From Callorhinchus milii (taxonomy: Eukaryota): DNA of 64,000 nucleotides. This document shows positions 62,401-64,000 of the stretch, piece after piece. Position 1 is the first letter of the stretch; each line of letters opens with the position of its first letter. The DNA lies in NCBI RefSeq assembly GCF_018977255.1, contig NW_024704742.1, forward strand, positions 129,396,001-129,460,000. Direction: 5' to 3'. A program made the translations under genes and the position numbers. The notes under the pieces are model-generated. The model worked only from the letters and a program-made list of their open reading frames with translations. It had not been told where the DNA came from and did no database searches.

Positions 62401-63908
62401 TTTATATTTCAAATGAGCTTCTATTCCTCTTAAATCCCTCTTCTGTAACCCTGTATTTCCTTCCTTCAAGCATTCATTGTTGAATCTGCTTTCCTTCAAA
62501 GGAAATGTTAACCAAGATCCTTTCTACAAGTTTCTGATAGTGGGACATTGCTGTGCGCAAACTGACTGCCACGTTCACCTTTAGATTCAGTTACTGCACA
62601 ACGACAACAACTCAAATTTATAAAGGCCCCTCATGCAGGGTAGTGTCCCAGAGCACTTGAACACTCTATGAAGTGCTTTGAGACATCTTGATGATGTGAT
62701 CATGAGTGATATCAAATGGAAGGATTATTATGTTATAAAAGTAACTAAAATTGTTTTTGAATTAGTGAAGTTACTTCAATAACTGAACCTTTTTTGTTTC
62801 TAGAATGTCATATCACGGTACAATATTGGAGCTTCAGCGATAGCTCAAGGACGTTTACGAGGTCTTCTCTCCCCGAAGGTCAACATTCTGCCATTGGTTC
62901 GATCGATTGGAAGAACAATGATTCAGGGAAAGACTTATGGGCCTCAGATCACTGTCAAGAGAATTTCTACGAGGTAGAGAGTCTAAGTAACCTCAGAGCT
63001 GCTCTATAAACACAGGGAACCTTGTTGCTTAAAGGAGAACCCCCGAAATACAAAAGGACAACATCAACAATTAATATTTTACAGTAAAAATCTTCAAGCT
63101 ATTTTGATGCCCTTTAATGATTTTCCCCCTCCCCCTGTTCGATGCCACCGCCATGCCTTTGAGCAAAAGTTCTCATGCTCTCCCAGAAGAGCATCACCGG
63201 GCAATATAAACCATATTGAGGGGTAAATACTTGGATTTTAAGTTAAAATGGTTGTAACGGCCACTAATACTAGACAGCATGAATTAACTAGGAATTCCTG
63301 AACTATCAATAATATCCACACAGTTCCTCACCACTGTGGGAAGCTGCTGCCGTATTGAATATCATACCCATGCTATTTGGGCTTCATGTTAGCCAATGAA
63401 GACATTAGGTGTCCATACCGTACAGTGCTACCAACTGAGCTGGACCAACGCTTATTGCAATCATGGTGCCGCCATAACAACCATTATTCAGCATTGGTCA
63501 AAACCATTTTAATTTTGAAGGGTTATTGTTTTTCTAAAATAATTTTGCAAAAATGGCTTTTGTTATTGGTGCTAACAATCCAGAGCAAAGGCAGTTTGTT
63601 TGTTCACCCTAATCTTCCCAATTATGCTGTTTTTGAATATATGTCATGGAAATATGATGATTAAGATTCTGTTGTGTTTTCATGTACATTTGTTTAGTTT
63701 GTCAATATCCCTGATGCTGACTTGTCTATATGTGACTTTCAGGGGAAGGTCGAGCAAACCAATCTTCATTCAGATTGCCAAGCAAGTTGTGCAGCTCAAC
63801 GCCTCAGAACTCAGACTTCCGTCACGAGCCTGGAAAGTAAAACTGATCGGTGAAGGAGCTGATGATGCTGGTGGAGTGTTTGATGACACAATTACAGAGA
63901 TGTGCCAG
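2273..63908 (+). CDS. HERC1: HERC1-like giant HECT/RCC1-like E3 ubiquitin ligase, partial gene (43 coding exons, ~2650 aa)
   Basis: Spliced translation is collinear with recalled HERC1 ([80 protein letters not shown]). All introns GT-AG, phases consistent, no in-frame stops. Orthologue versus paralogue unresolved. Confidence 0.95.
3009..3106 (+). CDS. HERC1: exon 2 ([24 protein letters not shown])
   Basis: tacag|gt...gag|gtaaga; phase 1-0. Confidence 0.92.
3605..4785 (-). mobile_element. Deu-type tRNA SINE split by the L2 at 3750-4503
   Basis: tRNA-like head (cttgaacccacaaccttctgactcagaggc) at ~4725-4780, Deu core at 4560-4700, 3' tail at 3605-3750. Confidence 0.8.
3750..4503 (-). mobile_element. 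5'-truncated young L2
   Basis: Reverse complement closely matches the 3' ~750 nt of the 47650 element; (CAA)n at 3750. Confidence 0.92.
4850..5060 (+). mobile_element. CR1 3' end interrupted by a ~90 nt L2-type tail
   Basis: gatcagccgtgatctta...aatggtgaaacaggcttgaggggctgaatggcctact, comparable to 29460-29520. Confidence 0.7.
5309..5404 (+). CDS. HERC1: exon 3 ([19 protein letters not shown])
   Basis: tttcag|ac...gag|gtatgg; phase 0-0; not in ORF track. Confidence 0.88.
5745..5942 (+). mobile_element. L2 3' fragment
   Basis: [15 protein letters not shown]-terminus, 3' hairpin and ttgttg tail. Confidence 0.8.
7027..7194 (+). CDS. HERC1: exon 4, SPRY start (FSFDPDK...[10 protein letters not shown]...FQWK)
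   Basis: gaag|ac...aag|gtgagc. Confidence 0.9.
7657..7896 (+). CDS. HERC1: exon 5, SPRY ([20 protein letters not shown]...SFGKNEE)
   Basis: tgtag|tt...gag|gtaaga. Confidence 0.95.
8335..8750 (+). mobile_element. Decayed Deu-type SINE
   Basis: gggttcaaaccc B-box, ggtgagatgttaaa Deu core, aaggattattatt tail. Confidence 0.72.
8821..8904 (+). CDS. HERC1: exon 6, SPRY end ([28 protein letters not shown])
   Basis: cttag|ga...aag|gtaacc. Confidence 0.95.
9260..9789 (+). CDS. HERC1: exon 7 ([10 protein letters not shown]...WEDADVTI)
   Basis: ttcag|gt...cag|gtacaa; within ORF 9251..9850. Confidence 0.95.
10197..10370 (-). mobile_element. L2 3' fragment
   Basis: (CAA)n followed by ttcacgtcgggaggacatcccaaggc hairpin. 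Confidence 0.78.
11137..11918 (+). CDS. HERC1: exon 8 ([12 protein letters not shown]...[13 protein letters not shown]...ESK)
   Basis: caaag|ct...aag|gtaaga; alternative in-frame acceptor at 11160. Confidence 0.9.
12095..12420 (+). mobile_element. Decayed Deu-type SINE
   Basis: tctgagtccgacggttgtgggatcaaatccc head; ggtgtcctggtcaaca core. Confidence 0.7.
12616..13481 (-). mobile_element. 5'-truncated young L2 nested in an older L2 (~12420-13740)
   Basis: ORF 12766..13413 nearly identical to the C-terminus of ORF 49259..50932; flanks are diverged L2 on the same strand. Confidence 0.92.
14225..14438 (+). CDS. HERC1: exon 9, Ser-rich linker
   Basis: tctag|at...aca|gtgagt; phase 1-2. Confidence 0.8.
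15765..16070 (+). mobile_element. CR1 LINE 3' fragment
   Basis: gggccgaatggcctccttctatgctgta...attctatga CR1 terminus. Confidence 0.85.
17116..17427 (-). mobile_element. Full-length tRNA(Ala-like)-derived SINE with L2-type tail
   Basis: Minus strand GTGGAGTCCTGTAGCTCAGTGGTTAGAGCACTCGCTTTGCAAGCGAG...GTTCAATTCC (A and B boxes, TGC loop); (ATT)n tail. Confidence 0.9.
18652..18809 (+). CDS. HERC1: exon 10 ([10 protein letters not shown]...HSSP)
   Basis: tatag|ac...ctg|gtaaga; phase 2-1. Confidence 0.82.
18890..19090 (-). mobile_element. Decayed L2 3' fragment
   Basis: ttgcatttatatggcactc...gtcccagagcgct tail hairpin. Confidence 0.65.
19210..19311 (+). CDS. HERC1: exon 11, UBA-like ([18 protein letters not shown])
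   Basis: aatag|at...cag|gtacgc; MGF motif. Confidence 0.9.
19870..20220 (-). mobile_element. Decayed Deu-type SINE
   Basis: ttggccagggcac, tctcatccga and tRNA-like head remnants. Confidence 0.6.
20288..20501 (+). CDS. HERC1: exon 12 ([18 protein letters not shown])
   Basis: tccag|ga...agg|gtaggc; not in ORF track. Confidence 0.87.
21158..21285 (+). CDS. HERC1: exon 13 ([11 protein letters not shown]...SFRRA)
   Basis: cacag|aa...ctg|gtgagc; phase 2-1. Confidence 0.78.
21455..21730 (+). mobile_element. Deu-type SINE body and tail
   Basis: ttaaactgaggtcccatc...ttgctgtgtgcaaattggctgct. Confidence 0.68.
22402..22634 (+). CDS. HERC1: exon 14 (...[13 protein letters not shown])
   Basis: caaag|gt...atg|gtaagc; phase 1-0. 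Confidence 0.82.
23549..23814 (+). CDS. HERC1: exon 15, Cys/His cluster (CELCD...HMKRHHPGC...GWFGGECG...CSSC)
   Basis: attag|tg...tcg|gtaagc. Confidence 0.93.
24469..25163 (-). mobile_element. CR1 LINE 3' fragment (resumes at ~27678-27750 after a nested L2)
   Basis: catagaatcatagaat tail; minus [11 protein letters not shown]...[14 protein letters not shown]; similar to 55285-56050. Confidence 0.9.
25164..27677 (+). mobile_element. Decayed ~2.5 kb L2 (endonuclease end through RT and tail)
   Basis: [17 protein letters not shown] and YADD motifs; many frameshifts; collinear with 48430-51148. Confidence 0.92.
27935..27987 (+). CDS. HERC1: exon 16 ([17 protein letters not shown])
   Basis: tgtag|aa...aag|gtaggt; 53 nt; phase 2-1. 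Confidence 0.88.
28500..28691 (+). CDS. HERC1: exon 17 (EWDMLD...[12 protein letters not shown])
   Basis: cacag|ag...aag|gtaaca. Confidence 0.92.
28745..28990 (+). mobile_element. L2 fragment
   Basis: [21 protein letters not shown]...LARLHWLP. Confidence 0.85.
29015..29546 (+). mobile_element. CR1 3' fragment
   Basis: [14 protein letters not shown]...[11 protein letters not shown]...WNSLP; ttcttatgttcttatg tail. Confidence 0.92.
29618..29789 (+). CDS. HERC1: exon 18 ([11 protein letters not shown]...MKALSLISV)
   Basis: gttag|gt...gag|gtatgt; alternative in-frame acceptor 9 nt downstream. Confidence 0.9.
30749..31019 (+). CDS. HERC1: exon 19 ([21 protein letters not shown]...CTQ)
   Basis: tacag|tg...cag|gtaaat. 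Confidence 0.93.
31456..31669 (+). CDS. HERC1: exon 20 (DLIAAATG...[14 protein letters not shown])
   Basis: cgaag|ga...aag|gtaaaa. Confidence 0.9.
32053..32312 (+). CDS. HERC1: exon 21 ([15 protein letters not shown]...LEAHENR); 5' end 32053 or 32107
   Basis: tgtag|at or agtag|ga...agg|gtaatt. Confidence 0.88.
33235..33362 (+). CDS. HERC1: exon 22, WD40 ([16 protein letters not shown])
   Basis: aacag|gt...atg|gtaagt. Confidence 0.92.
33924..34145. mobile_element. Palindromic Penelope-like element remnant with degenerate hammerhead motifs
   Basis: Imperfect ~90 bp inverted arms ending aacagaagtcgctg / cagcgacttctgtt; CTGATGA-stem-GAAT on +, CTGAGGA-AGGTC/GACCT on -. Confidence 0.72.
34388..34515 (+). 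CDS. HERC1: exon 23, WD40 ([12 protein letters not shown]...MVNILVVN)
   Basis: gtcag|tg...atg|gtaaga. Confidence 0.88.
35549..35755 (+). CDS. HERC1: exon 24, WD40 (WVTALSW...[10 protein letters not shown]...HCQRKD)
   Basis: caaag|gg...atg|gtacgt. Confidence 0.9.
36255..36520 (-). mobile_element. L2 3' fragment
   Basis: agcgcctttcacatcgggagaacatcccaaggcgct hairpin. Confidence 0.8.
36663..36793 (+). CDS. HERC1: exon 25, WD40 ([21 protein letters not shown])
   Basis: ttcag|tt...cag|gtatta. Confidence 0.92.
36985..37872 (-). mobile_element. L2 3' fragment, second subfamily
   Basis: [15 protein letters not shown] and LAPPYLSDL peptides on minus strand. Confidence 0.88.
38425..39075 (-). mobile_element. 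Old CR1 fragment
   Basis: [31 protein letters not shown]. Confidence 0.8.
39417..39616 (+). CDS. HERC1: exon 26, WD40 ([11 protein letters not shown]...WCPLPGKG)
   Basis: ataag|ga...agt|gtaagt. Confidence 0.92.
40022..40250 (+). mobile_element. Deu-type SINE 5' half
   Basis: ggctcagttggta A-box; gatgagacgttaa and gaggccctatctgcctgttcagg core. Confidence 0.7.
40606..40714 (+). CDS. HERC1: exon 27 ([14 protein letters not shown])
   Basis: accag|tg...gag|gtagtg. Confidence 0.86.
40968..41114 (+). CDS. HERC1: exon 28, WD40 ([17 protein letters not shown]...NIWSLQ)
   Basis: tttag|ga...cag|gtaaag. Confidence 0.92.
41305..42222 (+). mobile_element. Decayed L2 3' fragment
   Basis: [32 protein letters not shown]; ttgttgttg tail. 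Confidence 0.88.
42326..42427 (+). CDS. HERC1: exon 29 ([11 protein letters not shown]...CSSRSK)
   Basis: ctcag|ga...aag|gtcagt. Confidence 0.93.
43284..43457 (+). CDS. HERC1: exon 30 ([23 protein letters not shown])
   Basis: cccag|ga...aag|gtaatg. Confidence 0.94.
43585..43905 (+). mobile_element. L2 3' fragment
   Basis: [13 protein letters not shown]; 3' hairpin. Confidence 0.82.
44629..44913 (+). CDS. HERC1: exon 31 ([12 protein letters not shown]...IKAM)
   Basis: tctag|cc...atg|gtaaga. Confidence 0.93.
45383..45768 (+). mobile_element. L2 3' fragment
   Basis: [18 protein letters not shown]...[14 protein letters not shown]; (TTG)n. Confidence 0.88.
46075..46725 (+). mobile_element. Old CR1 fragment
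   Basis: ANRMLGYI...[13 protein letters not shown] remnants. Confidence 0.72.
46941..47006 (+). CDS. HERC1: exon 32 ([22 protein letters not shown])
   Basis: aacag|ga...gag|gtaaag. Confidence 0.93.
47450..47575 (+). CDS. HERC1: exon 33, RLD2 start ([13 protein letters not shown])
   Basis: ttcag|ga...cag|gtgatg. Confidence 0.93.
47650..51148 (+). mobile_element. Near-full-length L2-clade LINE (APE endonuclease + reverse transcriptase), three small frameshifts
   Basis: QNVRSL, LTETWL, GDFN and ISDH endonuclease motifs; [28 protein letters not shown] and YADD RT motifs; LHWLP C-terminus; 3' stem-loop plus (TTG)n tail. Confidence 0.95.
51480..51795 (-). mobile_element. Deu-type SINE
   Basis: ggggcttgaacccacaaccttctgact head; gttggccagggcaccgggagaa core. 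Confidence 0.75.
52352..52490 (+). CDS. HERC1: exon 34, RLD2 (VVCGQNCTF...[15 protein letters not shown])
   Basis: accag|gt...agg|gtaagc. Confidence 0.94.
54535..54716 (+). CDS. HERC1: exon 35, RLD2 ([16 protein letters not shown])
   Basis: cccag|gt...caa|gtatgt. Confidence 0.95.
54780..54990 (+). mobile_element. L2 3' fragment
   Basis: gtgccttcagctcccctctcgactctcttcccc identical to 50935-50967. Confidence 0.78.
55285..56050 (-). mobile_element. CR1 3' fragment
   Basis: ORF 55570..55866 YCVQFWAPH...[13 protein letters not shown]. Confidence 0.92.
56140..56295 (+). CDS. HERC1: exon 36, RLD2 ([12 protein letters not shown]...GDYGRLG)
   Basis: gatag|ct...cag|gtatta. Confidence 0.94.
56396..56635. 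repeat. Unclassified interspersed repeat, copy 2
   Basis: Shared blocks ggaaacc-atcacc, aaaccaaactgag, atggaaattccaga, ctgcttacctaatt, accagctaaaacc. Confidence 0.8.
57020..57336 (+). mobile_element. Full-length tRNA-derived SINE (same family as 17116)
   Basis: gtggagtcctgtagcccag...gggcgaaaccttgggcaagtttccttactccacacgcc...(ATT)n. Confidence 0.9.
57345..58693 (+). mobile_element. L2 RT/3' fragment interrupted by a SINE
   Basis: [16 protein letters not shown], then insertion, then [17 protein letters not shown]...LHWLP; (TTG)n tail. Confidence 0.9.
57532..57735 (+). mobile_element. 5'-truncated SINE nested in the L2
   Basis: Matches 3' half of the SINEs at 17116 and 57020; (ATT)n tail. Confidence 0.88.
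58847..58969 (+). CDS. HERC1: exon 37, RLD2 (VACGLNHTL...[11 protein letters not shown])
   Basis: ttcag|gt...cag|gtgaga. Confidence 0.95.
59649..59751 (+). CDS. HERC1: exon 38, RLD2 ([24 protein letters not shown])
   Basis: tgtag|aa...aag|gtattt. Confidence 0.94.
59978..60147 (+). CDS. HERC1: exon 39, RLD2 (RLIGLP...GSEHTLAL...[10 protein letters not shown])
   Basis: tcaag|ag...cag|gtaaga. Confidence 0.93.
60585..60723 (+). CDS. HERC1: exon 40, RLD2 end ([13 protein letters not shown])
   Basis: tgcag|ct...cag|gtaatg. Confidence 0.94.
61860..62029 (+). CDS. HERC1: exon 41 ([21 protein letters not shown])
   Basis: taaag|gt...cag|gtaaga. Confidence 0.93.
62804..62973 (+). CDS. HERC1: exon 42 ([15 protein letters not shown])
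   Basis: tctag|aa...gag|gtagag. Confidence 0.93.
63743..63908 (+). CDS. HERC1: exon 43, HECT domain start ([27 protein letters not shown])
   Basis: ttcag|gg...cag|gtaaat; HECT GEG-D-GG motif. Confidence 0.95.
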
Positions 63909-63927
63909 GTAAATAGACATTTATTAA

Positions 63928-64000
63928 GATAGAAACAGGAGTAGACTATTCGGCCCCTCAAGCCTGTTCCGCCATTCTATAAGATCATAGCTGATCTGCA
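63928..64000 (-). mobile_element. CR1 3' end (runs off the window)
   Basis: gaaacaggagtagactattcggcccctcaagcctgttccgccattc...gctgatct. Confidence 0.75.

Noticed and set aside
2273..63908. HERC1-like pseudogene
   Set aside because: All 43 exons splice in frame with canonical sites and no stops.

Overview
Vertebrate nuclear DNA, most likely from a cartilaginous fish (inferred from its L2/CR1 LINE and Deu-type SINE content). The whole window lies inside one + strand gene encoding a giant HERC1-type HECT E3 ubiquitin ligase. I traced 43 consecutive coding exons (2273-63908), all with GT-AG boundaries and consistent phases, totalling 7952 nt (~2650 aa). They cover the SPRY domain, a UBA-like region, a Cys/His cluster, WD40 repeats, RCC1-like domain 2 and the start of the HECT domain; both gene ends lie outside the window. 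The protein looks markedly diverged from human HERC1 as I recall it, so it may be a second paralogue. Introns are full of retroelements: a near-intact single-ORF L2 LINE (~47650-51148), many L2 and CR1 fragments, tRNA-derived SINEs sharing the L2 3' stem-loop, several nested insertions, and a palindromic Penelope-like remnant with a degenerate hammerhead ribozyme on each strand. No prokaryotic features were found. TE boundaries are approximate, and family names and human comparisons come from memory, not database searches.
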